Assembly (NCBI GenBank): GCA_039179045.1
Contig: JBCDEZ010000009.1
Coordinates: forward strand, 1 to 35,792
Source: Chlamydiota bacterium
GTDB lineage: Bacteria > Chlamydiota > Chlamydiia > Chlamydiales > SM23-39
Direction of reading: 5' to 3'
Length of the DNA stretch: 35,792 bases
The notes below the pieces were generated by a model. It ran no database searches. It was not told the DNA's origin and saw only the letters and a program-made list of their open reading frames with translations. Positions 25,936 through 34,551 of the stretch are shown one piece after another (the stretch's first letter is position 1; every line of letters begins with the position of its first letter). The translations under genes and the position numbers were made by a program.

Positions 25936-26831
25936 TGAGAAAAGCTAGCGCCTATCCTAAGGGTCTTTTCACGGCTCTTCCCACTCCTTTCAAAGCCAAC
26001 GGATCGGTGGACGCCAAAAGTCTTTCCTTCCAAATAGCGCGGCAAAAAAAAGCGCGCGTCGAAGCAGTTGTTCTTTGGAGCGATGCAAGAGAAGAAATTG
26101 AGCTTACTTTTGAAGAGAAAAAAGCTGTTTTAGAGATTGCTCTCGAAGCATGCGGAAAAAATCTCCCCCTCGTTGTGGGCACAGGCAGATCTTCCACTCT
26201 GGAGACCATCGACAAGATCGCAGTCTACCAAAATATGGGAGCCGCCGCCGCCCTCGTCTCAACTCCCGATCATCCCCTGATTTCTCAAGAGGGCGCTTAC
26301 CGCCATTTTTCCACCATAGCACGCGCTACGCAATGCCCCATGATCGTACGGAATATTCCCGAAAAAACAGGGCAAGAGTTGCGGGTAAAAACTCTCTTCG
26401 CATTGGGATCTATTCCTGAAGTACTCGGGATACAAGAGGCCCCGCACAGCTATGTCCACCTCAAAGAGCGGATCTTACAAAAAATGGTCTCCATTTTTGC
26501 AGACCACGACACTTGGATTTACTCCTACATACTTGGTGGTGGTGTAGGAGCTGTATCGGTTGCAGCGAATCTTTTTCCAGGTGAGGTTGCGCGCTTGATC
26601 CGCGCCGGATTTTTAGACGATCGAAGGGGAGCGAAAGACGCTCATGACCGACTTTTTCCTCTCTTCAAAGCTCTGGCACTTGCAAGTAGCTCTACGATTA
26701 TCCAAGCATCCATGCGCTACTTCTCCCTTCCTACCGGCAATTACCGCCCTACAGCGCCCCGACTCGCAGGAGCGCAGCTACGTTTTTTGCACAAACAGCT
26801 CAAAAAAATGGAAGCTTTTTGGGAGGGTTAA
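25935..26831 (+). CDS. Dihydrodipicolinate synthase (DapA)-family protein, predicted catalytically inactive
   Basis: GLFTALPTPF..NGSVD, PLVVGTG..ST, GA.AALVSTP, NIP..TG, GG.GAVSVAANLFP give the DapA fold, but GTTGE, PYY, the catalytic Tyr and the Schiff-base Lys are replaced. Confidence 0.88.
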   Translation: MRKASAYPKGLFTALPTPFKANGSVDAKSLSFQIARQKKARVEAVVLWSDAREEIELTFEEKKAVLEIALEACGKNLPLVVGTGRSSTLETIDKIAVYQNMGAAAALVSTPDHPLISQEGAYRHFSTIARATQCPMIVRNIPEKTGQELRVKTLFALGSIPEVLGIQEAPHSYVHLKERILQKMVSIFADHDTWIYSYILGGGVGAVSVAANLFPGEVARLIRAGFLDDRRGAKDAHDRLFPLFKALALASSSTIIQASMRYFSLPTGNYRPTAPRLAGAQLRFLHKQLKKMEAFWEG

Positions 26832-26858
26832 GACCAGTCTCAATGGGCTTTTTTTGAA

Positions 26859-27806
26859 TCAGCTAGCAGCGATCTCTTCGATCAACTGCCTTCCAAAATA
26901 GGCATGCCAAAGAAGGCCTTTCGAGCCAAGAGCGGTAAAGACCCACACTCTTTTTTGCACCCTCTTCACAATAGGCCCTTGCCCCCCTTCTCTACAAAGA
27001 CGCACACCTGCTTTGCGATCTATGATTTGCAGGTCTTCGGGTAAAGTAATATAGGAAAGCGCCTGCAAGAGCTGATCGCTTGACTCATCAGGACAAGGAC
27101 TCGCATACTCTTTTTCGTAAGTTGCGCCTACCACCCACTGCTGAGGTAGGGGCCCTCGGCTAATGTGGGGATGCCCGATTAAGGGGCAGTGTAAAGAGAA
27201 AGAGGACGAAGTAAAAAGAAGAGTTTGCCCCTTTACAAGGCGGCAGGGAAGAGCGAACTCGCGGGTCCAGGCGCCCTTAGCTAAGATCATCCGATCGTAC
27301 TCTTGCAAAGAAGGCTCGGGGGCAGACGAAAAAAATGAGACACCTCTCTTTTCGAGGTAGTACTTGAGAGCCTTCAGGTAACCTGCGCTATCGATCTGTT
27401 GGCCCTGATGCAGATAGAGCCCTGCTGTTTTGATGCCTGGAATATTTTTGTTCGCCTCTTCTCTAGACCAAAAGGTAATGCCTGCGTATTTGCGTGCCAT
27501 TTTGACAAAATGTTTTTCCTGAGCAGGGAAAAGAGCGGGACGAAAAAGCCCGCGCCTTCTACGAAAGGGATACAATGAGCCTCTTTCCACTCGCTCCAAG
27601 AGCTCTTCGGTAGCTTGCATCCAACAATCAGCGTCGGGTGGTTTTACAGGGAACTTGCCTGTATAGGGATGCAAAAAACCAGTCGACGCAAGAGAGCCGC
27701 TATGGGAATAACCTGGTTCGTACACACAAACGGAAAAACCGCGATCCAAGGCATGAACCGCAGCGCTTAACCCTGCGTAGCCCCCTCCCCAAATGGCAAG
27801 CTTCAT
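26859..27806 (-). CDS. FAD-dependent oxidoreductase, DAO/MnmC-C-like (chlamydial CT375-like)
   Basis: Rossmann GGGYAG, ASTGFLHP, VKGQ, VGATYE, AGVR, ALGSKGL motifs. Confidence 0.88.
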   Translation of the reverse strand: MKLAIWGGGYAGLSAAVHALDRGFSVCVYEPGYSHSGSLASTGFLHPYTGKFPVKPPDADCWMQATEELLERVERGSLYPFRRRRGLFRPALFPAQEKHFVKMARKYAGITFWSREEANKNIPGIKTAGLYLHQGQQIDSAGYLKALKYYLEKRGVSFFSSAPEPSLQEYDRMILAKGAWTREFALPCRLVKGQTLLFTSSSFSLHCPLIGHPHISRGPLPQQWVVGATYEKEYASPCPDESSDQLLQALSYITLPEDLQIIDRKAGVRLCREGGQGPIVKRVQKRVWVFTALGSKGLLWHAYFGRQLIEEIAAS

Positions 27807-28621
27807 AGTTCAGTTTGCCGAGTGATCAACTGATGGCTTTCCGCTGCGAAATGGAAAAAGAAAATCACAAAGGGAGATAGGATCCAAGCAACGGGCAGAC
27901 TGATCAAAAACCAGCTCACTACAAGCCAGATACCATCGAGATCGCGCAAGTAGCTCAAACTTGTGAGCTGCGCTGCGCCTCCTAAGAGGAGTCCTACGAG
28001 AAAAATCGGGAGAGACCCTATGAAAAAAAAGGCCAAAAGGCGGAAGGTCTTTTGTGAAAAGGCGCGCAAAACCAAAAGTCCTCGCTCTTTTTGTTTGCCC
28101 GTATGCAAGGCAAATATAGGGGTGCCCCAAAAGAGGAAGATAAAGTTCCCGAGGCAAAGCAATAGAGAAGAGAGGATCAAGAAAAACGGGCCAAATGCGA
28201 AAAGAGCTCCCATTTCAGCTCCCAGATAGGGGAGCAGTCTCAATGCCATGAAGATACCTAGGACCATCGATAGAAACACATACCCGAGAAATAAAGGGAC
28301 AGAAAAGTAGGCAGAGGCGACCAGTACATCGAAGGAGAGTGTCAACATTTTCCGAATCGTATAGGGCAGCCGCTTCACATCATGGTAATACATCCGCATC
28401 AGTAAAATCCCTAAAGAAAGGAAAACCCCAGAAGAGAGCAAAAAGGGAGCAAAAAGCATGCTAAGAGCGATCCAAGGATCTGCATGCAAGCAGATCGCGC
28501 GGCAAAAAGCGAAAATCGCGGCGCAAAGAAGCAAAAAGGGGAAGGTAAAAAGAATCTTGCTCCGACAAAAAGCGAAGTGCATGGACCTATTGAACGCATT
28601 TTCAAGATCAGAAAACTCCAT
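27803..28621 (-). CDS. Multi-pass membrane hypothetical protein
   Basis: About six hydrophobic segments; ATGA overlap with the oxidoreductase; ATG 28621 follows GGGGTG (GTG alternative at 28630). Confidence 0.8.
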   Translation of the reverse strand: MEFSDLENAFNRSMHFAFCRSKILFTFPFLLLCAAIFAFCRAICLHADPWIALSMLFAPFLLSSGVFLSLGILLMRMYYHDVKRLPYTIRKMLTLSFDVLVASAYFSVPLFLGYVFLSMVLGIFMALRLLPYLGAEMGALFAFGPFFLILSSLLLCLGNFIFLFWGTPIFALHTGKQKERGLLVLRAFSQKTFRLLAFFFIGSLPIFLVGLLLGGAAQLTSLSYLRDLDGIWLVVSWFLISLPVAWILSPFVIFFFHFAAESHQLITRQTEL

Positions 28622-28845
28622 AGAAGTCACCCCAAAAAAGAGTTTATCCCTAGCATATCATGCTATGCAGCAGCGAGGGAACAAAAATCTCTTTTTCCTA
28701 TTCTCCTATGCTCCTAAACCCTCGCACTCACAAGAAATCAACACACATCTTCATTGCTACACGGTTTTTCAAAAGGATAGAATCACAAAACGCGTATGGA
28801 GTGCAAGGGCGCTATTTTTGCAGTATACATCGGAACCATCACCAG

Positions 28846-29964
28846 TTAGATCTGGTCATTACCGATCATCTCCCGGTAGGTCCTCATTGTATCTACCATG
28901 AAAAAGAGATTGTGGATCGAGGCGAGTGAAAAAGCACTCATCTCCCTTGCTTTGAACAGATGGTGTAGATAGCTCGCAGAAAAGTGGGTGCACGTGTGGC
29001 AACCGCATTCGGGATCCACAGGAGAAAACTGCGTGCGATAGCACCTAGAGGTAATCTTGCAAGCCCCCATCCGCGTAAACAAAAGGCCGTGTCTTGCAGC
29101 CTTTGTAGGGTAGGAGCTATCCATCGTATCAATTCCTAAGGGAAGGATCTGCGCAATCGAGGCGAGGTCGCCGATCCCCAAGAGGTGGTTGGGACGATCT
29201 TGAGGTAACCGAGGCATCACTGTTGCAAGCATGTTGTACATCTGCTCCTTCGTGCGGCCAAAACTACCTCCTATCGCAAACCCATCGAAGGGGAGTTGGG
29301 TGAGGTAGTCGCAGCTTGCAATCCTAAGCTCAGGATCGATGCCTCCATGAATGACGCCGTACATCAGCTGTTTTTTCGGATTTTTTCTGTGCGCCTCTAA
29401 AGAACGCTTCTCCCAGCGGTGGGTTCGCTCTAAGGAGGATTTCAAGCTTTCTTTAGGCGTGTGGTACGGGGGGAGCTCGTCGAAGGGAATGATGATGTCT
29501 GCTCCTAGTTTTTTCTGTGCATCGATCGAGAGTTCTGGAGTCAGCTGCATGATAGATCCATCTCGATAAGAGCGGAAGGTGACTCCCTCTTCATCAATTT
29601 TCAAAACGAGCTTGCGGGGAGAGGACTTTCCCCGGCTTTTGAGCTCGCTTGTGACAGAGCCGTACAAAAGGGAAAAGACTTGGAACCCTCCAGAATCGGT
29701 AATGATGGGAGAAGAGCGTCCCATAAAGCGGTGCAGTCCTCCTGCTTTTTCCACCAAATCTGCTCCAGGCTGCAACATTAGGTGATAGGTATTGCAAAAA
29801 AGCAGGCCAATCCCGATTGATTCTACTATTTTCGTATCAAGCGCTTTGATGGTACCGTTCGTGCCTACCGCTACAAAATTGGGTGTCTCGATCACTCCAT
29901 GCTCTGTTGTGATTCTTCCCAATCGAGCTCTCGATTTTTTCGAAGTGTGGACTACTTCGAACAT
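28846..29964 (-). CDS. tgt: tRNA-guanine transglycosylase (chlamydial, probably queuine-inserting type)
   Basis: ARLG...T.HG.IETP.F, NTYHL, TDSGGFQ, HLLGIG, DTMDS, Zn site CGCHTC...H; start MFEVV at 29964 behind AAAGGAGG. Confidence 0.97.
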   Translation of the reverse strand: MFEVVHTSKKSRARLGRITTEHGVIETPNFVAVGTNGTIKALDTKIVESIGIGLLFCNTYHLMLQPGADLVEKAGGLHRFMGRSSPIITDSGGFQVFSLLYGSVTSELKSRGKSSPRKLVLKIDEEGVTFRSYRDGSIMQLTPELSIDAQKKLGADIIIPFDELPPYHTPKESLKSSLERTHRWEKRSLEAHRKNPKKQLMYGVIHGGIDPELRIASCDYLTQLPFDGFAIGGSFGRTKEQMYNMLATVMPRLPQDRPNHLLGIGDLASIAQILPLGIDTMDSSYPTKAARHGLLFTRMGACKITSRCYRTQFSPVDPECGCHTCTHFSASYLHHLFKAREMSAFSLASIHNLFFMVDTMRTYREMIGNDQI

Positions 29965-30629
29965 GCAGCCTCCTTTGGCACAAAGCGCTTGGCAACAAGG
30001 GCAAAAGGAACAGTACACCAAATGACCGAGAATTTGATCAAAAGTGAGAACAAAATGACTTCAACTAAGTGGTCCGCGATCCCATAAAGACCCAAAAAAG
30101 CAAACAAGACGGTATCAACCGATTGACTTACGACCAGGGATAGCGCTGTGCGAAGGGCGAAATACCTTCCTCGAAACGCTCTTCGCAAAAGGCGAAAAAA
30201 GGCGATATCGAACCGCTGTACCAGAAAGAATGTGCCAATGGATGCAGTTATGATTCTGGGGGTAAATTCCAAAATCGTCATGAAGGCTCTTTGCGTTGTG
30301 TCGACTAAAGCAGGGGGATAGAGAAGATGCATCTTGGCCATGCAAGCGAAGAAGATCATCGCCCCAAATCCGATGACACTCGCTTTCTGTGCCTGCGCCT
30401 TTCCATAGTACTCTTGCAAAAGATTCAATGCGAAAATTGCTTGCACAGCGTAGACATCTGAGCAGGTAACAGTCAAACCGAAAAGAGTTGTCTGCTTGAC
30501 GACAAAAAGATTGGCCAAAACAGCAGAAAGACTCAAAAAAGCTGTGATCGCTTCTTTCCCAAGACGGAAAGAAAACAGCAAAAATAGAAGGGAAAGAAAA
30601 ATGTGCAGCGCAAAAACAAGTTCGTTCAT
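29952..30629 (-). CDS. yhhQ: Queuosine precursor transporter (YhhQ/VUT family)
   Basis: ANLFVVK, LLQEYYG, PRIITAS, R...S..VSQ.VDT.LF..LGLYG motifs; overlaps tgt by 13 nt. Confidence 0.92.
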   Translation of the reverse strand: MNELVFALHIFLSLLFLLFSFRLGKEAITAFLSLSAVLANLFVVKQTTLFGLTVTCSDVYAVQAIFALNLLQEYYGKAQAQKASVIGFGAMIFFACMAKMHLLYPPALVDTTQRAFMTILEFTPRIITASIGTFFLVQRFDIAFFRLLRRAFRGRYFALRTALSLVVSQSVDTVLFAFLGLYGIADHLVEVILFSLLIKFSVIWCTVPFALVAKRFVPKEAACSK

Positions 30630-32518
30630 AGGGAGGGGGAAAAGTCCTTTTTCCGATCAGGTGCACCCTGGGCAAGGCCAAAGACCCTTTGGTAAAAAGA
30701 GCGCTCTATCTCCCAAGCAGATTGTTTTGTAGCAGGCTTGCGAAAACCGTGTCCCTCTTCTGCAAAAAGATGCAGTTCTACATCTTTTCCCTCTTTTTTT
30801 AGCGCTTCATATAAAGATTGGGATTGTGTGGAGGGCACGACGAGATCTTTTTCTCCATGAAAGAGCAAAATAGATCCCCCCATCCTGGCCGCATGGTGCA
30901 AGGGTGAGCGCTCTTGATAAACCTGTTTTTGCTTAGGATACGGACCGATCAAAGTCTCATTATATCCCCTTTCAAAGCGATGCGTGGTTGAAGAGAGCTC
31001 TTCTAAATCAGCGATGCCATAATACGAGACAACCGCCTGAAAAACCCCCTCTCTTGCTGCACTAAGCGCTGTGAACCCTCCCGAGGAGCTGCCTCGGATG
31101 GCCATTCTCTTCGGGTCCACCCTCCCCTTGTCAACAAGGTAAAGAGCGCCATCGATACAGTCTTCTACATCCCGTATTCCCCAAAAACCATCCAAAGCCT
31201 CCCGGTACCGTTTTCCAAAACCTGTACTACCTCGGTAATTCACCACAAGGTACGCGAATCCCTGGGAGGTCCAAAATTGGGTCTCATACGAGAAACTCTG
31301 CTCATGCATAGAGGTGGGACCACTATGCACTTTGACTAAAAGAGGTGGTTTTGCTCCAGGATCTCCCAAGTATTGGGGATGAGAGGGAAGATAGAATAGC
31401 CCAAAGCACTCTTGAGCGTCTCTCGTGGAAAAAACGATCCTTTCTCCGTTAGAGATCCCGCTTGGCAAAGGAGCTTTTGGTCTACCCAACGGGTAGGTAA
31501 AAGAGGCTTTCTTGATTTTGATTAAAGCAGGTACATTTTGTTCATGCGTGGCAAGGGCGTAGATTTGACCTCCTTCAACTGTGATTTGCGTATAGCCTGA
31601 AAAGGGGAAATCACACTTCTCCAAACTACCCGTTTTGAGGCAGATCTTCCCAAGAAACGTGCTACCTTTTTCTTGCAAGATTGAGACGATTACCTTCTCT
31701 TTTCTCTCCTGCAAAAAACCGTATGTATCGAGACCAAATACCCAAGGCGCGCGGGCCAAATCCCACGTGCCTTTTGTCACTCTTGCTACCACACCCTTGC
31801 AGTAGCGGTACAAATTGGCGTATCCCGAGCGGTCACTTAGAAAATAGAGGGTCCCATCTTCTGCAAATTCTGGTTGGAAGATGGCTTCTCGGGAAGACCC
31901 AATTTTCCGTTCCAGTACAAATCTTCCCTCCCCTTCTTTTTTATAGAGGAGCAAAGACGCCCTTTGCCAAGGCATGTAGGGAAGGTTCCATGCAAGACAG
32001 GCAAGGAACTTGCCGTCGGGAGAGCACCTTGGATGAGAGTAGAATTCGTAGCCAGAGGCAACCACAAGCTCTTCGCCCCGTGCCAAGAGGACAACCATAC
32101 TTTTTTCCCCCTCTTGTGTCCTGTGTTCGCGCACATAGTAAAAGGCATCGCTTGTTGGATCATAGCAACCATCTGCGTACCGTGCTCCTTCCATCTGGCT
32201 TAACGGAACGCACCGCTCTTTTTCAAGAACATAGAGCTTCTGGTCCTCTGCATTCGAAAAAACAAGTCCGCGGGAAGAGGGAAGATATGCAATACCCCCG
32301 TAACCATGTACCTCACTGCGAGCTGCATACTCTGGAGGTAAAAGGTCCTTTTCCTGGGTAGAAGATACGGTTGTTTCTCCGGTTTCCCTCCGCTCCATCC
32401 AGTAGAGGGTTCCCTGGTAGAGCCGAGGAAAAAGCACCTGATCCGCAGAGGAAAAGATTTCTCCAACCGAGTAGGGCAGGGGCCACGTACCGTAAGATTT
32501 TTCCTGTTTTTGCATCAT
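30626..32518 (-). CDS. S9 (prolyl oligopeptidase / acylaminoacyl-peptidase) family serine peptidase
   Basis: YGTW N-terminus, VHGYGG, VHSGPT, NYRGSTGFG, nucleophile GSSSGG, HGEKDLVVP, EGHGF. Confidence 0.93.
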   Translation of the reverse strand: MMQKQEKSYGTWPLPYSVGEIFSSADQVLFPRLYQGTLYWMERRETGETTVSSTQEKDLLPPEYAARSEVHGYGGIAYLPSSRGLVFSNAEDQKLYVLEKERCVPLSQMEGARYADGCYDPTSDAFYYVREHRTQEGEKSMVVLLARGEELVVASGYEFYSHPRCSPDGKFLACLAWNLPYMPWQRASLLLYKKEGEGRFVLERKIGSSREAIFQPEFAEDGTLYFLSDRSGYANLYRYCKGVVARVTKGTWDLARAPWVFGLDTYGFLQERKEKVIVSILQEKGSTFLGKICLKTGSLEKCDFPFSGYTQITVEGGQIYALATHEQNVPALIKIKKASFTYPLGRPKAPLPSGISNGERIVFSTRDAQECFGLFYLPSHPQYLGDPGAKPPLLVKVHSGPTSMHEQSFSYETQFWTSQGFAYLVVNYRGSTGFGKRYREALDGFWGIRDVEDCIDGALYLVDKGRVDPKRMAIRGSSSGGFTALSAAREGVFQAVVSYYGIADLEELSSTTHRFERGYNETLIGPYPKQKQVYQERSPLHHAARMGGSILLFHGEKDLVVPSTQSQSLYEALKKEGKDVELHLFAEEGHGFRKPATKQSAWEIERSFYQRVFGLAQGAPDRKKDFSPSL

Positions 32519-32567
32519 AATTAGATAAGAAAACTTCGCTATATAATAAGGAGATTCTATTTTATTT

Positions 32568-32597
32568 TTGCTTAAAATCCAATAAAATTTGTATAAT
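32568..32597 (+). promoter_or_regulatory. Putative promoter of the DMT transporter
   Basis: TTGCTT-N18-TATAAT ending 18 nt before ATG 32616. Confidence 0.6.
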
Positions 32598-32615
32598 ACC
32601 TGAGAAGGGTTAAGT

Positions 32616-33557
32616 ATGGAAATTTTGCTTGTTGTCTTAATGTACGCTGGTTGGTCCAGTATTTTCTCTTTGGGAAAGTGGCTTCTTGCCTTTTCCTCTC
32701 CTCTTTTTTTGACAGCATTTAGGATGTTGTTTGCTGGCGTATTGCTCTCTTCCTACGTTTTTTTCCGATCCCGATTTCGGCTAAAAATCACGAAAAAGCA
32801 ACTCCTTTGCTATGCCCTTTTAGGTCTCATCAGCATCTATCTAGCGAACGCTTTGGAGTTCTGGGGACTACAACACCTCAGCGCCGCGAAGACCTGTTTC
32901 ATCTATAGCCTTTCCCCCTTTTTTGCTGCTTTTTTCTCCTACCTACATTTTGGGGAGAAGATGACAAAGAAAAAGTGGCTGGGAATGCTGGTCGGATTTC
33001 TGGGATTTCTTCCTGTGCTTTCTATCCAGACAGGGTCTGAGGACCTTTTGCAAACGTTGGGAATTTTTTCTCTGGCCGAGCTCGCGATTATGGGAGCTGC
33101 TCTTTTTTCTGTTTATGGCTGGGTGCTTTTGCGTCTGCTAGTGAAAGAAGAAAACACCTCTCCACTCCAAGCAAATGGATTTAGCATGCTGTTTGGCGGT
33201 TTCTTTAGCCTGATGCACTCATACTGCATTGACACTTGGAACCCTACTCCCATTTTGGAGGGATATGCATGGCCCTTTTTGCAGGGAATGTTTTTCATGA
33301 CACTCATTTCAAATATCATCTGTTACAATCTCTACGGATTTCTCCTGCGAAAATATAGCGCAACTTTCCTCTCTTTCATGGGTCTTCTTAGCCCCATATT
33401 CGCCTCGTTCATCAGCTGGATCTTTCTGGGAGAGGCTCCTTCACCTGTACTCTTCCTTTCGACTGGAATCATCTGCATCGGTCTATGGATCATGTATCGA
33501 GAAGAATTACAACAAGGTTACGTAGTGAGAAGCGAACCGGAAAAAGCCTCTTCTTGA
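32616..33557 (+). CDS. DMT/EamA transporter, likely ortholog of the chlamydial SAM/SAH transporter (SAMHT, CT580/CTL0843)
   Basis: Ten-TM EamA layout; WSS.F, N.LEF.GLQ.LS..K.CFIY..SPF, WNP.P, SN.ICYNL and Y.EE..QGYV match the chlamydial SAMHT as recalled. Confidence 0.85.
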   Translation: MEILLVVLMYAGWSSIFSLGKWLLAFSSPLFLTAFRMLFAGVLLSSYVFFRSRFRLKITKKQLLCYALLGLISIYLANALEFWGLQHLSAAKTCFIYSLSPFFAAFFSYLHFGEKMTKKKWLGMLVGFLGFLPVLSIQTGSEDLLQTLGIFSLAELAIMGAALFSVYGWVLLRLLVKEENTSPLQANGFSMLFGGFFSLMHSYCIDTWNPTPILEGYAWPFLQGMFFMTLISNIICYNLYGFLLRKYSATFLSFMGLLSPIFASFISWIFLGEAPSPVLFLSTGIICIGLWIMYREELQQGYVVRSEPEKASS

Positions 33558-33560
33558 GAA

Positions 33561-34058
33561 TTACCGGTTCATAAGAACGATTGCTAGGTTCAAAAAGCCT
33601 GCGTAGAAAAGCCAGAGAATGTACAGAACAAAGCTCCACACAATCCAAAAGCTCACCTTTCTTCCGTAATAAAGAACGCCGAAGCTACAAAGCAAAACAA
33701 GCAAGATATCGATAAATCCTCCAAGAGGACTTTGCAAAGCAAAAAAGACGTAGGTCCAGATGGTGTTGCAAAAAAGCTGTGCAGTCCAAAAGAACAATCC
33801 CTTGCTCCGCTCTGGGCTTTTTTCATGTGTCCAGAACATGTATCCGGAAAAAGCCACTGCAATGTACAAAAGAGGCCAAACAATTTGAAACACCCAGCCT
33901 GGAGGGTTCCAAGTCGGCTTCTGCAGAGATAGGAACCACTCTCCAGAGTTGGCTTGCATGAACGAAGCCCCTAACTCCTGTACAAAGAAAAGAATAACTA
34001 GAAAAAATAGAGCGGCAAAAAAATGTTTCGCCCGCGTATTGTGATGCACAGTGTCCAT
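33561..34058 (-). CDS. tspO: TspO/MBR tryptophan-rich sensory protein
   Basis: WFLSLQKPTWNPPGWVFQIVWPLLY, QL..N..W...FF, Y..W..YA..LN. Confidence 0.93.
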   Translation of the reverse strand: MDTVHHNTRAKHFFAALFFLVILFFVQELGASFMQANSGEWFLSLQKPTWNPPGWVFQIVWPLLYIAVAFSGYMFWTHEKSPERSKGLFFWTAQLFCNTIWTYVFFALQSPLGGFIDILLVLLCSFGVLYYGRKVSFWIVWSFVLYILWLFYAGFLNLAIVLMNR

Positions 34059-34097
34059 TCCCTCATAGTAGAGGTGTAAGAATTAAGTGTAAAGACT

Positions 34098-34171
34098 TGC
34101 GGTTACCAAGACTTGAACTTGGGACCTCGACATTATCAGTGTCGCGCTCTAACCAACTGAGCTATAACCGC
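34098..34171 (-). tRNA. tRNA-Ile(GAT)
   Basis: GCGGTTATAGCTCAGTTGGTTAGAGCG CGACA-CTGATAA-TGTCG AGGTCCCAAGTTCAAGTCTTGGTAACCGCA; full cloverleaf, CCA not encoded. Confidence 0.97.
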
Positions 34172-34185
34172 AAAAAGAAGGAATA

Positions 34186-34258
34186 TGGAGGCTAGGAGAT
34201 TCGAACTCCTGACCCTCAGAATGCAAATCTGATGCTCTACCAACTGAGCTAAGCCCCC
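34186..34258 (-). tRNA. tRNA-Ala(TGC)
   Basis: GGGGGCTTAGCTCAGTTGGTAGAGCA TCAGA-TTTGCAT-TCTGA GGGTCAGGAGTTCGAATCTCCTAGCCTCCA; G3:U70 identity pair present. Confidence 0.97.
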
Positions 34259-34551
34259 AACTACGAGTCATCAAACAGGATATCAAGGCTCCCTTTTTTT
34301 GGTAAGCAAATTCCCTGCCAAAGATTCTCCTACGCCTTTTCCTCTGAAAAATAGAGTGGATACTACCTAACACACACGCGTCCTTAAAAACATAATCTAG
34401 ACCGCAAAGACTTCCTCTTCTCTTAACAAATACGTACAGCATCCTCCTAGAAAGAGAGCGCAATTTGTAGGGGCTCTCTACAAAGGGTTTTCCCTTGTTC
34501 CATAATTGCTATCTTGGATAAAGTGGCTGGGAAACTTTCTTGGAGAAAGTG

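Noticed and set aside
29965..30021. Cys-rich N-terminal extension of TGT (MVYCSFCPCCQALC)
   Set aside because: Lies inside yhhQ; the real start at 29964 has AAAGGAGG.
34098..34258. tRNA-Ala/tRNA-Ile pair as a sign of an rRNA operon spacer, or as the TilS substrate
   Set aside because: No rRNA sequence flanks them, and the Ile anticodon is GAT, not the CAT that TilS modifies.
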